Below are positions 23,501-48,449 of a DNA stretch of 64,000 nucleotides, one piece after another. Every line of letters starts with the position of its first letter. The first letter of the stretch is position 1. Made by a program: the position numbers and the translations under genes. The DNA comes from Tubiluchus corallicola (taxonomy: Eukaryota; Animalia; Priapulida): the NCBI GenBank assembly GCA_030141605.1, contig JAQGDQ010000737.1, positions 1 through 64,000 of the forward strand, in the 5' to 3' direction. The notes under the pieces are model-generated. The model saw only the letters and a program-made list of their open reading frames with translations, ran no database searches and was not told the DNA's origin.

Positions 23501-26500
23501 TTCTAAGTTTAAGTGATAAACTGTAAAATAAAGGCAATATACCGAGTGACTTGTTGTTTCCTTTAAATAGACTTTAAAATGAAGCCATTTCTTTTAGGCT
23601 TCATATCAAGAGATACTTTCTGGCAACCAGGGAAACCATCTAATAACAGCACAAGCTTTTCATAGCTTACCTAGAGTTGCGATCTCTGCCGTCACCATTG
23701 TGTCTAGGAGGCGCGGGCATTCTGGTTGCGGCAGGACGATGAAACGACATGTTGGGTATCATGTTTGGCACGTCGTTCAACGCATTCGTTATGATGCCAT
23801 CAAAACCGTCTGAAATGAAAAAATGCTCCGTGCAATTTGTGTCACGAAAATACAACCTCAAACTGCAAGAAAAAAATTACAAAAAACAAATATGAACAAA
23901 TCTATTTACATAATTTTGTCGTATTATAAATGTTTGTCAAAGGGAAGGTGAGGTAGTCGAGTGGCTACCACACTTTGGTTAAAATCCACTTGTTCTGCGT
24001 TCAAATCCCAATCCCGTCAGAATTTTTCAAGGCTTATCAAGTCTTAACCGCTTATGTCCAGCCAGAAGTAAGAAGTATGAAACAGAGTAAGAATTTAGCT
24101 GCTATCCCGTGAAAAATTGTAAATAAATGACATAACTATACAGATGCCTATCCACTATCAGAACATGAGACCATTCTGTTTGTTTTTCATATTTCGTTAG
24201 CCCAGTAAGATGGCTGCTATCTGTTGTTAAAAAGCCCAGTAAGATGGCTGCTATCTGTTGTTAAAAAGCCCAGTAAGATGGCTGCTACCTGTTGTTAAAA
24301 AGCCCAGTAAGATGGCTGCTACCTGTTGTTAAAAAGCCCAGTAAGATGACTGCTATCTGTTGTTAAAAAGCCCAGTAAGATGGCTGCTATCTGTTGTTAA
24401 AAAGCCCAGTAAGATGGCTGCTATCTGTTGTTAAAAAGCCCAGTAAGATGGCTGCTTTCTGTTGTTAAAAAGCCCAGTACGATGGCTGCTATCTGTTGTT
24501 AAAAAGCCCAGTAAGATGGCTGCTATCTGTAGTTAAAAATTAAAAAAATTACGCGTGTATTGTAGCTGGCGTAGGAGAATGTCTTAAGCAAAGGAAAAAT
24601 TGCTACGACTACAGATACTACTACGCTACACATTACTGCTACTAGAAAACAAGTCACAACACGTTCAGTAATAACAGTAGTGTTTTCACTGGTAGCAAAA
24701 TCAGACTCGGGTACCCTATTCCCTATACCTGTCCGGTACCTGATTAGGATACAGCAGCAGTGAAGAAACTGTAATCATTTATATTCACAAATAAAAACAA
24801 CCGCTGTACATTTTAACTAACTGCACTGTTATGTTAACAACAAGCATTCATTTATTACACCCTGAGAGCCTGAACACACGAGCTGCTAGTCGCTGTGAAC
24901 ACCCCGCCCACCCCACCCACACACACACAAGGCATATGACTGATTTTTCATCTGCCAGACTTCTTAATTACTTAGTTACACGCTTTGTCCATAAAGCAGC
25001 TACGTCAACAATCAGCTTAGGTACTACCACAATGACAACTATTAATGCAGCCTAGGGATTATGGGAATAAAATAATCTATATTATCTTTTTTTGTGTTCT
25101 GTTAAACTTAACATTCCGTTTATTCATATCTTTGTTAGTGGCCTGAAACGAACTTTTAATGGTTAATAAACAATTTCATTTGGATAATTAGTCTCTTGAT
25201 AAAGAAATCATAGTTTGTTTTTTGTAAGTCACCCCTATGACAAAAATGGTTTGATCTGCCATGTCCCTACTAGTTGCTTAACTGGTGCCAATGTGGCAGT
25301 TAATAATCTGCTACTAGCTATCTACTGTAGAAACACACAGCAGACGGTGGCATTCAAATTTAAATTCTCTAACAATCGATATCATATTATAAATAATGTT
25401 TGCATTTTCATTGTTGGAACAGGGTAGAAATATTAGACTCCCGTAATAGACAATGCGGTTAATTACTCGGGTACACGATGGAAACACTAAATTACACAAT
25501 CTTTTCTACAAGGTTTTGTCCACATGTTTAGCTTTTGGCACTTTGTGGCTTAGACATTAAGTTTTTGGCCTGCAGAGGACAGCACCGCTCAGTAGCCTGG
25601 TGCATGAAGTGTGCCCGGCGTGTGCAGTATCATTGCTACTGGCAGACGTGTCAATTAATTTCCATATTAAATATGATGGTACAGTCTTGTAGTCATACAG
25701 GCCAGACAGAATAGAATTTTCATGACAAGAAAAGGGAAAATCAACGTTTTTGCGTCTCCATGTCCACGTTTTTCAAAATATAACACCACAGATATCTCTA
25801 AAGGAAATCCAGACGATTGCTTAGACATTAGTTCAAAATAAAGTATGCTCTAAAGTACTGAAAACTACAGCAGATTTTTTTAATCAATGTTTAGTTTAAA
25901 CAATAATTACCGCGGATAGTTAAATTTCATTAAATTTTCAAAGATTTGCATGGCTCAGCAAATCCACTAAACTGATAATGGCACCTTAGTGGCACCTGGT
26001 GTGATCGACAAATAGGCGCGGTACCGTGATAAGCATGATCATGAACTGCAGTGTTCATCGGAAGTAGAGGTCCATTTCGTGACATCACATCAGCATCTTA
26101 TACCAATCTTTGCTTACCCAACGTGCTTGACGTGCAAGGGAAGATGCCTACCATTGCACAAACTGTGGTTAGTTTGTGACGTAAGCAACAACTGTGATCG
26201 CTTGCCCGTTAATTAACTTTCCGAGGTAATTATTCAAATATTCGAAACAACAGCTAACTTTTATAGGCAACAAAATTCATATTTTGGATGGTAAATTAAA
26301 ATCAAATTTAGCCTAATCGATATCCCGGTTTTCCTTCAAGGATAATTCCGGCTCCCGTGAGTTTACCTTTCTTCGGACAGAAATAAGCAGGATCTTTAAA
26401 GAAAGCCAGTCTTTCAATCAAGCGCATAGTTATTGTACAAAGGCACTCAACAGCTGCAATGATGGCTGCTTCGTTGAAAGACTCGTCCAACAAAGACAGC

Positions 26501-29500
26501 AAACTCTACATGAATAAAACATAAATTAAATACAGAGACTATAAATAACTGAGATTTATTAGTAAAAGAAAGTTCATCTATGTACCCTAATAAGTATTCT
26601 CTTAATGTGCAAAGCAGTTCAATTCTTTTAACTTTGTTTCCAAACACTTAGCTATCTGTAACTGTATCAATTTCTTTTCTTCAGGTCTGCTTAATCATTA
26701 CCTATTTGGCTTTTGTAAATATATAATTAGTGCATAATATACTGTATCAATTTCTTTTCTATTGGTCTGCTTAATCATTACCTATTTGGCTTTTGTAAAT
26801 ATATAATTAGTGCACAATTTACTGTATCAATTTCTTTTCTATTGGTCTGCTTAATCATTACCTATTTGGCTTTTGTAAATACATAATTAGTGCTTAAGTT
26901 ACTGTATCAATTTCTTTTCTACTGGTCTGCTTAATCATTACCTATTTGGCTTTTGTAAATACATAATTAGTGCATAATTTACTGTATCAATTTCTTTTCT
27001 ACGGGTCTGCTTAATCATTTCCTATTTGGCTTCTGTTAAATACGTAATTAGTGCACAATGTTGTATACTATAGGCTCTGCCTATATAAACTGGTTGTACA
27101 TTTGTAAATTTTTTTACCACTGATGATGACAGCAGCATCTCTATTGAAACGTTTGACATAATTTTTAACTATGTAAATTATAAGTTTTAATAAAGTTTAA
27201 TATTTAACTATAAGTAAAATATTAGTAATAATAGATATTGACTGACTCGTGAACCCTAATCACAATGTTGTATGTTGTCTTTGCTTGTTGCTCGATTTGT
27301 AAACTACACGAGGAGTCGTTGCTCTATCATAATGATCACTGAAAAAATCCCTCCTTAACCCTTTCAAACCCTGATTAACTTGTTTAATCCTGATTAACGA
27401 CGCACCGTTTTTAATGACGACTTTTTTACTTTGCTCAATGTCAATTTTTATTTCATCAACAATTTTTTTACCTAATTTGATGCATTAAAATAATACACAT
27501 TGCATCACTCTATTCAAAAACTCACTAGTAACATAAATACTAAAATTATTATACGTTTTTATTTCCAGTATGACCACTAAATGCTAGTTGTTTTCCAAAG
27601 ACAATAATTAATCTCCAAAATTACATATCCAATAACCTAATAAGTCTATTTTTATTGAATTTAAATGAACTAACAATTCATACATTCACCTTAGCAGTTC
27701 CTGACTACACGTACATTTTAAGCGAATAAAAAACAGGTAAATATCAACAGTTATTTATTTTAGCTGCATTTTTATATGAGACTAAACTAATTTTGCGCAA
27801 GCAGCATTAAGTTAGCTCTTACTTGTACGACGACGGGTCTCTGTAGGAGAAGCTCAATATGAAAATCTTGAAGAACTACGTCACTTAAAAATTCACAAGA
27901 CGTCACAATGTGCTGGTGGTTGATACTTCGTAATGACCTGCAATTAGAAATACAGTAAACTATGTATAACTTTAACACACTGGGACTGGAAAATTTGTTG
28001 GAGTTATCTGAGGGTGTGGGTTAGACAATGTTTGTAAGAAAACAATATTGAGTCGCTCATCAACATCAAACAATGGACTACTGCCTGCGAAAATCTGAGC
28101 CTGAAAATCTGAATAGTCTGAGCCTTTAATCAAATATCAGGCAATTTTTATGAATAATCAAAAATAAAATAACAGGTCCACCTCTATTGTAGTCTGAGTA
28201 GCAAGGTTAATAGAGTTTGACAATAACAATTTGTCTGCTTGCTAAACCAAAATCGTTTGTAACTCAGCATAGTTAAAATATGTTATGATGCTTCAAAGTA
28301 GAATGTACCAAAAATTTGGCCAAATACCAATTTTTTTATTTTTTACGAAAACAAATACTAAATGTATTACACTTTTATATTCTAGTATCAAATTATCAAA
28401 AAAATGTTAAAAAATACTAGAAATTTATTTTATAACTCAGTACGCACTTCTCTGTCTGTAAACTAGTTTTGCAAATGCGAAAATATTCGTTTCTTCAAAC
28501 TCAAGTCACTTTGCTTGCAGTTTTTCCTATAGTCAAGCCTAGATCTTCATCTGGAAGAGCCATCTACTGGATTTAAACAATGTGCTCTTGCAGTTATAAA
28601 GTCCATAGCAACCAACATGTACAGTTGCTAAGTGTTGGGTAGAAACGCGAGAAAAAACAATGGCTGACTTTAACAGTGATTTCTTCAATATTACGTTTTT
28701 CAGTGAGCAGCCTGCACCTCAACTTCAATGTAGATTATTTCAGCTTAGAAATAACATAGAAAAATGAACTTGGTATCAAAATGATCCTCATGAAAGGGAG
28801 ATTCAGGATATGTGAATAACTAAAAAAATCTCAACTGCCAACTAATGGACGTTTTCACTTGCAAGCAAACAAATGTCAATATATCAGAACGCGTTTTAGA
28901 AACTTCCGCTGACTAATTAGTGACGTCTTCTGTTTTTCAACATGTGAATTTCTGATATCGCACAAATCAGTTACAGTAGAAGTTGATCCCATTTACGTTA
29001 ACAAAATTATGAATGTAACATCGAGACTCACCAGGCTAAACAGCACATAGAACAGATTATATACCAACCCTATGTTTTAAGCAAACTAATTCGGATAGTT
29101 TAATCAAAAGAGCTACGTTACCTTAACTAACTATTGTACTTCTAGCTGTCCGAAACCTTAAAACTTTACTAAACAGAACTGCAACAAACACTACTGACCC
29201 AGGTAAGAACCATACAAGTTTGACCTAACGCACAATAAACCCAATATTTACATAAAGTTGAATAAATTTGTTTTGAAATTTGATACCACTTACCTACTGC
29301 CTTTTTCAATACAAGGTTTGCGTCAGCAGTAACGCTGTATAAAACTGGTAAATTTAAACTCCTGTGATGACTGTTAGGTGCAGCCATCTTAATGGTAGAT
29401 TTGAAACAGGTTTTGATAAAAATGAGTGAACTTTGAAAAAAGTAATCAAAGCATTCGTAGCATACATGTTACTAACTATGTACAATTTTAAATGATTGTA

Positions 29501-31100
29501 TCTTGTCAATAAGATTAAAAATATGCTTTTTGGCTAGTGAGTGGCGCACCATGGAGGGTGAGTCAGCGACATTTTACCAACTGGCGCAAACATTTTAAAT
29601 TATTATTTCTAGTTACATAGTCTTTTCAACAGTTAAGCGAAACGCTAAATAATATAGATTTGCATGGAAAGTTTTTTGAGACATAATTTAACATTGCCCT
29701 TTCTTTCCCTGATTTACGTTATATAACAGGGACGTCGCAATAGTACTGTGGGAAATTTAAAATGAAAACAAATGAAAATTCCTTTCAATGCGAGTAAGAT
29801 ATATGCATAAAAATGTTGTAAAGCAATATCATTTTTTAAGGCGATTTTTCTGAAACCTACTTCAGGCACCTCTTTTCTTGTACTTTAAGTTTATTACCGC
29901 TTCCAGTTCAACTATTCTAATCTAAGCTAATCACTACATTGTTTGATGTAATTAGTCTGTGTGGAAAATAGTCTCACACGGACAAATTTTAAAGTGCACT
30001 TTTTGTGCATTTTCCAGTATTTAATTAATCTTTGTTTTGAAACTAGTCTGATTTGCGCTGTACAGGACAGATCCAGGGATGAGAATGACAAATTGCAAAA
30101 AACTCTGAAACAAGCCGGGGCATTGGGGGCCGCATAGGCCCCCATGGGGGTTCAAGGAGCCCCTTGGAACCAGCAACAAATTGTAATTTTGTGACCATAG
30201 AGAGCCTCTAAGTGGACTTAAAATATCAATTACCTTGTTTCATACATAATTTAAAATACCTAGCTATCAAAGATACATAATACCTAATTGTCTCAAAAAC
30301 ATCTAAGTACTGGCCGTTCCTATGCAAAAGTATATAGAAACTGTCTGCAATTGACTCAAATAACTCCGTATTCTATATTTTTATACATAGAGATATACAC
30401 GTGGTTACACCGATGTACGTGATGTAAACAAAGTGACGGCCTGCCAACTAGAGGTCAGCTTGTGAAATAATGTACTGGGTCCATAAAAATTTTCTCAACG
30501 AATTTACGCGATTTACAAAAATGGCACTACACGTCTTCCAAAAACTCAGAATTCTGGTCTTCCAAAAACTCAGAATTCCGCGTATCTGCAGAAAATTCTC
30601 AACCCTGGACACATCTTGAGCACATGAAACAAAGGACAAAGAATAAACTGGCATGCCAGCAGAATAAGGCATGACTACTGCGGTCGGCAAATGGAATACG
30701 ACTGAACTCGGTGTTGCAGGAAATCATAGCAAAGGTACCAAAAACAGTCTAATAGCAAGCGGTTGGTTAAGAAACTTGCAGCTCCGAGTTCGAGTCCGAT
30801 GAAGAAGATTGAAAAGCAAAACATTGTTACTGTCATTTGAATTTCATTGAAAATAAAATTCACGTTCAAATTAAAAAAAAATTCTATGAAACTAGTCCGT
30901 GTGGAAAATTAGTCTAACACAGACTAATTTTGATAGTGTAAGTTGAAAAGTTGGTTTCAAAATTAGTCTCACACGGACTAATTACATTAAACAATGTAGC
31001 TAAATACACTACCTATCAGTGGATGCAAGCACATGTTCATCCGTAGCTGTGAGTGGTAACCATGGAAACTTGATGAATCTGAAACCTACATTATCACATT
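237..31100 (-). CDS. RTTN: Rotatin orthologue, partial (18 coding exons, about 776 codons); 3' part continues beyond the left edge, 5' exons not located
   Basis: Exons in transcript order: 31013-31100, 27823-27937, 26367-26505, 23671-23809, 22616-22789, 21508-21619, 19881-20039, 18631-18843, 16012-16118, 14667-14793, 7077-7202, 6361-6477, 5225-5364, 4591-4756, 3012-3111, 1539-1627, 478-598, 237-333. All are GT-AG with matching phases and no stops. Translation ([70 protein letters not shown]) is collinear with recalled human rotatin ([59 protein letters not shown]). Confidence 0.93.
2185..2894 (+). mobile_element. Non-autonomous Helitron-like element preceded by a (TA)/(CA) microsatellite
   Basis: Homologous to 17375-18071 and 40795-41388. 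All three end in TTGCTAGT, and this copy has a GC-rich hairpin (GGCTTT-TGC-AGGGCC) just before it. Confidence 0.55.
3624..4063 (+). repeat. 85-86 bp minisatellite, about 5 copies
   Basis: Direct reading. Confidence 0.95.
5460..5830. mobile_element. Partial inverted copy of the 49815-50299 MITE
   Basis: CTCCTTCAGGACCGCACCATTC end plus internal homology. Confidence 0.7.
6700..7090 (-). repeat. 21-bp minisatellite of the RTTN exon end plus 5' splice site, about 18 copies
   Basis: Minus-strand unit ACGAGCTTGTACAG|GTAAGTA and variants, contiguous with exon 7077-7202. Confidence 0.95.
7515..7800 (+). repeat. Interspersed repeat, left direct repeat of the nested block
   Basis: Closely similar to 13390-13670; a diverged inverted copy lies at about 52200-52380. 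Confidence 0.8.
7940..8154 (+). pseudogene. Isolated terminal exon of an amidase-signature-family enzyme
   Basis: Acceptor TTTCCTTTACAG then FLNISVGGLKNTAPFNFTGHPALSANAGFSKEAHLPIGMTVIGKHFDEATVLKFAHGLEK*, the typical amidase C-terminus; AATAAA at about 8211. No upstream amidase exons found in the window. Confidence 0.7.
8494..8599. repeat. (ACT)n fused directly to (AGT)n microsatellite
   Basis: Direct reading; centre at 8574/8575. Confidence 0.95.
9125..12023 (+). CDS. Unrecognised two-exon gene (about 404 aa) nested antisense in an RTTN intron; MGNNSS start, 3 PPxY motifs, acidic repeats, Cys/His-rich C-terminus
   Basis: Exon 1 9125-9185 (MGNNSSRRRRQMRERRRASR, phase-1 donor G|GTAATG) joins exon 2 10870-12023 (acceptor TTCTTTTCAG) in frame. 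The 1.15 kb ORF is uninterrupted in AT-rich DNA; AATAAA at about 12105. Confidence 0.75.
9580..10010 (+). mobile_element. CR1-type LINE 3' fragment in the intron of the nested gene
   Basis: Decayed RATKLVPSFSDLDYTERLRKL..DMIQVFRIVK..TRGH..RLDVRKYAFSNRIVNSW, a typical CR1 ORF2 C-terminus. Confidence 0.8.
13390..13670 (+). repeat. Interspersed repeat, right direct repeat of the nested block
   Basis: CCAAGCTA.TGTAATAGTAGCAGTTTTAACAGCTAGCTAGAACCTTACCTAG shared with 7515-7800. Confidence 0.8.
13935..14545 (+). repeat. Degenerate ~16 bp A-rich array (AAAAACAATGCACATT/CT)
   Basis: Direct reading. Confidence 0.9.
15497..15930 (+). repeat. 85-bp minisatellite, 5 copies
   Basis: Direct reading; explains the repeated MATTWMTF ORFs. 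Confidence 0.95.
16331..16789. mobile_element. piggyBac-type MITE
   Basis: TTAA|CCCTTTCA ... TGAAAGGG|TTAA; the near-palindrome GTATCCCACGGGATAC occurs twice internally. Confidence 0.8.
17375..18071 (+). mobile_element. Second copy of the Helitron-like family
   Basis: Aligns by eye with 2185-2894; ends TTTGCTAGT. Confidence 0.55.
18858..19541 (+). repeat. 44-bp minisatellite, about 15 copies
   Basis: Unit GCAACATAAGCACATATGTAGCATCGTAATGATCAGTGTTTGAT. Confidence 0.95.
21060..21475 (+). repeat. 60-bp minisatellite, 7 copies
   Basis: Direct reading; single-copy homologue at about 23505-23565. Confidence 0.95.
22116..22670 (-). repeat. Triplicated ~160-180 bp unit containing the 3' end and donor of RTTN exon 22616-22789
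   Basis: AAAGCAGCTACGTCTCTGATTCAGCAGTGCGG|GTAATT present three times on the minus strand. Confidence 0.9.
23945..24110 (+). mobile_element. tRNA-derived SINE, decayed
   Basis: A-box-like TAGTCGAGTGG and B-box GTTCAAATCC at tRNA-like spacing, no cloverleaf. Confidence 0.5.
24199..24539 (+). repeat. 34-bp minisatellite, 10 copies
   Basis: AGCCCAGTAAGATGGCTGCTATCTGTTGTTAAAA head-to-tail, no spacers. Confidence 0.95.
26661..27057 (+). repeat. 80-bp minisatellite, 5 copies
   Basis: ACTGTATCAA recurs at 26661, 26741, 26821, 26901 and 26981. Confidence 0.95.
29935..30998. mobile_element. Non-autonomous TIR element, possibly Mutator-like
   Basis: About 30 bp TIRs (TACATTGTTT[G/A]ATGTAATTAGTC[T/C]GTGTG) with subterminal repeats; imperfect 9-bp TSD GCTAATCAC/GCTAAATAC. 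Confidence 0.65.
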
Positions 31101-31252
31101 CTGAAAGAACAGTAAAACTAAAAATTATTTAAATCAAACCATCAGTATAACTGAAACAAAACAAAGCATTAATCATTTAAACATTACTTAGCTAAATTAT
31201 CCATGTATCCGTAGATTTGAACTGCAGTGCTTACTCATGCAAGTCATGTGTA

Positions 31253-31752
31253 CACTAATATCTCGGTTTGCCGGACCTCGCTTTTACAGATATCGAAAGA
31301 ATCGGACAAAGTCTAGACCATTAAAAAGTCCGGACTACTATGGATGCAGCTCGTTGTTTCGCAAGCTGACCGCTAGTTGGTAGGCCATGAATTTGTTTAC
31401 ACCTTGCTTACCAACAAACTGTACTTAATTTGATTGTTTCTACATATATTATAGTAAACAAAAGCGAAGTAAAACAACGTAAAAATAGTACAACCTCATT
31501 GGTCACACGAAAGTATCTTATTTAAGCATATATGCAAAAAAAATATTGAGTCCATTATGCAGAGTTATTTTTGTATACCTTGACATAGGAGCGGCTCATA
31601 CCAGACATTTTTGAGATAATTAGGCAATTGACTCTACATTACCGTGAGTCTAATACACGGCGCCTACTATATTAGCATCGGTAAACACGGACAAATCAGC
31701 ACATTGGGACCGATGTCTCCCCGCTTTTGTCCGGTAAACCGAGATATGAGTG
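31253..31752. mobile_element. MITE with 24-bp TIRs (Tc1/mariner-like)
   Basis: CACTAATATCTCGGTTTGCCGGAC ... GTCCGGTAAACCGAGATATGAGTG; TA on the left flank only. Confidence 0.7.
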
Positions 31753-31869
31753 CATTCTATATTTTCTTATATGTATGAGGTCACCAGGAATAGTTAACCG
31801 ACCACAATTAATGATGGTTAAATGGTTAATTATAAAGCCTAACCATCCTAACTCTATCACGAATATCAC

Positions 31870-32049
31870 CTTCTACTGTACGACTCTCATTTGTCGCATT
31901 TGCTGGAATCAAATACACATCATGAACGGAGTTGTCTCTAGTCCATCCCGTTTCCTGGGTCACGTCCAAATGGGGCAGATGAGGCCATTCCAGATTTGGA
32001 GCCGCTGTGAGATATTCGTGAGCTAATCGAGTTTCATTCATGGAGGTCA
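31870..32049 (-). CDS. Possible additional upstream RTTN exon (poorly conserved linker)
   Basis: Open frame TSMNETRLAHEYL...SRTVE with a phase-1 donor (GAAG|GTGATA) that joins exon 31013-31100 in frame. The acceptor is weak and there is no recognisable homology. Confidence 0.35.
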
Positions 32050-33984
32050 CTCGCAGAGTACATCAAGTAACCAGCACACACACTTAACAAAAGAAGAAGA
32101 AAATATTGTTATCATTGGAGATAAAAATTACAAATTTTGCAAAAACCTAAATAACCGAGAGAAAATCATTTGCTCATAAATAAAGCCACTGCACTAGCAC
32201 TAGATTTCATGTAGCATTGAGGTTTTCTTTCCTTTTAATGATAAATTTGACAACAACTGTTTGCCGACTAAGTGCCAAACAATACATAAAAAATTTTCAT
32301 ATGGAGACAAAGATATCATTATTGCACTTTATAACGTGGTAATCACGTATCATGAAAACCCAAAGAATTATTAATGCAAAAGTGAAATTTTGTTGACACT
32401 TAATTCAAGCTTGAGCTTACCGATATGCATGGCTGTTTCATTCTGCCAGCTGTTAAATCGGTGTTTGAACACAGAAAGCGTGAAAATATTTAACAAATTC
32501 ACAACTTAAGTCAGTGAAATGTTCATCTAACACATCTTTTGGGGGAAAGCTGCAACGTTGAGCATTTGCACACAAGCGAGGCAAAGATTGTCCGTGGGGT
32601 GAAAGATGAAGCAAAGTCTGTCTTTAGCTGGACAGATGTTATGCAATTTAGTGAACATTAATTAATGAATGCGAACTCGTATAAAGCATGATAAGTTTGA
32701 CAACACGCAATAACGGCAAGTGGGTAAGCCTGCCAGGGAAACTGTACAGTATATGCTGGTAAACTAACCTACATTGTTAAGACAACTAAAGCTTCAAAAC
32801 TACATATAATTAATAACAAAACATTATTTCAAAACAGTTTAAAATGAAAAATAGACATCTGAATAGCTTGTAAAGTTTTACTTGAAAATCATTAAACAAA
32901 TTGAATTACCCGGGTATATTAGCATTAAGAAGCAATTAGAGATATGCACTTGTTTGACATTCCTGCATACTAGGGTGCCGCGTGTAAAAAAATGTCGTCC
33001 AACACCTCGTTGTGCACTAGTACCACGCCACTATGTACTTGTACACGGTTAAGCAATACAAAAGAAGAGTACGGGGGGATGTCAAGCAAGCGTGAACGTC
33101 CCACGTAGCGGCCTATTCAGTATTATGTTTGTCGACTGTTGAATCCGCACAAGCAATACTAATGCTCAGTAATTCAAGAGAGAGAGAGAGTTTATTCATT
33201 TCCACATTGCATCTTACAATTATCATTAAAATACAGATAATTATCCATTTAAGTAAATATAAATATAAATAAATGCAGTATTATCGAGAAATTACAAATT
33301 ACAATTCTAATAGGTAGAATGATAGCTTAAAACACTTCATTTTCATTTGATATTAAGCGTCCAAAACGATTGTGTGCCACCGATTCATAGTGAGACTTTC
33401 TTCTCTAAAAGGTTATTGAAAATATATTAAATTCTGCGTTTAGTCTAGACTTTAGTTTAGCAGACGTTCTTGAACCTCACCAACTCAATTCTAAAAACGA
33501 AGTTATTCAATCGTCATTGTGTGTAAACGTTCTAAAGCACCGCATGTTCTACCCGTTACTACATCAATTCTGGAGATACATTTCTAAGACATTTTGCACT
33601 AAATCTATATTACACGCCAATATTATTGAAACACGACTTAGCTTCTTGAAAAGCCGCCAACGCTTAAAAAATCCAAGACGGGCTACCTTTGAAAAGAGCA
33701 AATTAGTTCAGTTTAATGTCAGTGTTTAGATATTTTTATCTCAATGTGAGCAGCCACTAACCAGTCATGGACTGCACTTGGTTAAAAAATAAATAAATAA
33801 ATAATAATAAACAAATAAATAAAATAAATAATCATTTATTCATTTATAATCTACGGCCAAGGATTCCTTTTTACATGGTAAAATCATAGAAAAATCGAGT
33901 AAAATGATGGAGAAATTGATAACAAAATTTAGTACACCGCTATGAGCAGAATGATAATGTAATGTAATGTTATGTTATGTAATG

Positions 33985-34380
33985 AACAGCTTGGGTTTAG
34001 AAAAGCTCACTCGTGCTTAACCAGTCTGTTAAAAACATTAAATTTTGATGAGTGGACAAGTATGTAAAATATTGAACTGCCATTTGGTGTAATACATTTT
34101 ATTTAATAGTTAAAAAGGTTTCGATACTGTTTCCCCTAAGTATGGAGTATGGAGACAGTATGAAAAGATGGATTAAAAATTTTATGAAAGACATGAAGCA
34201 GCGTCTGGTTAATTTAGTTATTAACAATAAAAGTTAATTCTGACTGGACAATTATAACATCAGGAGTGCCTCAGGATATTCTGTAAGTGGCCCAGTTTCA
34301 TTTTCACTGTTTGTTAATAAGTGGGGTTTGCATGCTACTCTTTGTATCAAAAACAAAATTTTGGCTGGATGACATGCAGG
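33985..34380 (+). mobile_element. Decayed LINE reverse-transcriptase fragment
   Basis: QLGFRKAHSCLTSLL..KGFDTV..RWIKNFM..SGVPQ..GPVSFSLFVN across frameshifts. Confidence 0.7.
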
Positions 34381-35528
34381 TCTATCATCTGGTGTTGTCA
34401 TGTTTAGACAGCAACACAATTAATAATAATTTGGCAGAACTGGATGGTTACAAGATACTAGAACTTATTAAGTTGCCAGCACTGCCATCTGAATTGGACT
34501 GCCACATTTCTCTTGGATTTCATTAGCATGTAAGCCCTATTTAAAACTAACCAAAAAGTTTCGTGTTACTGCATGACTGTGTGATGATTGGTGCAGTCAA
34601 GTTCAGTAGAAGGTATGGAAATCCGCAAGAACTTTTCAGTAGCCACTTTAGCCACGCATTATAACTGGCAGAGCGCTCTCACGCTCTCACTGATTCCATT
34701 GTGGCAAAGTATTAGGAAAACCTAGATCATTATGAATGTGGCAAAATTAAACCCAATTCAAGGTGAACTCCACAATGAACAACATGCAGATAAATGAGTC
34801 AAGTCACTATTCACGAGATAATGAATGTGTGGCATAGTGGAATGAGCGTAGACTATTAGTGCTCGATGCCATTTCTGTTAGAGTCTGTGGTAGCGTTCAC
34901 ATCTCTGAGGATGCAAACTGCGATGTCATGTTGGGACGTGATGCAAGTTCAGCTCCTTGCTAAGGCGATAATGCAGAGTTGTCTTAAACTTAATCTTAGT
35001 TTGTGAGAAAAGGCCTACAAGAAAGAACTAAAATTCAGTGCTCTTACATAAAATCTCATTAGTCTTTGCATAGCTTTCTTGATACAGCAAAAAATTGTGT
35101 TGAACAATTGAGCAAAAGTTGTTGAATTTGGTAGCTGCCTGACAAACTAATATCCACAAATTCATCATTTCGTCATTATCGTCATCGTCATCAACAACAG
35201 TATTAGTGTAAGTATGTGGAAAGAATAATTACAGCAGAAAAGTGAAGTCTGTAATCTTGTAGTAATTATGGAATGTTAGTGGAAGCCATAACAGCATGCA
35301 AGGTCTGACTTGAGTTTCATCACCATAAAGCGCTTTACGTCTACTTTAGACGTGGGGCAGGCAGAACTCCAAAATAAAAGGAACCTGCCCTCAACCACAG
35401 CAGTAATCCAGCAAAATACCAGACACTGCCATGGCATCGGCACAAATGCTGAGAGTGTTTGAGTAGGGTAACTTATCAGGGATGCATTAACGGTGCGTTT
35501 ATTTTTAATGAGCTGCAAACAAGGCAAA

Positions 35529-48394
<12,866 letters not shown>

Positions 48395-48449
48395 AAGACA
48401 GTTAAAGCTACGACTTTTCATTAGCTTCGTATTTCAAAGATCATTTACC

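Noticed and set aside
23945-24020. Possible tRNA gene
   Set aside because: A and B boxes are present but there is no acceptor stem or cloverleaf; treated as a SINE head.
24199-24539. 34-bp repeats of CRISPR-like length
   Set aside because: No spacers; simple minisatellite.
34700-34900. Weak RAL...LNWFNF resemblance to the rotatin N-terminus
   Set aside because: Needs frameshifts, the spacing is wrong and there are no clean splice sites.
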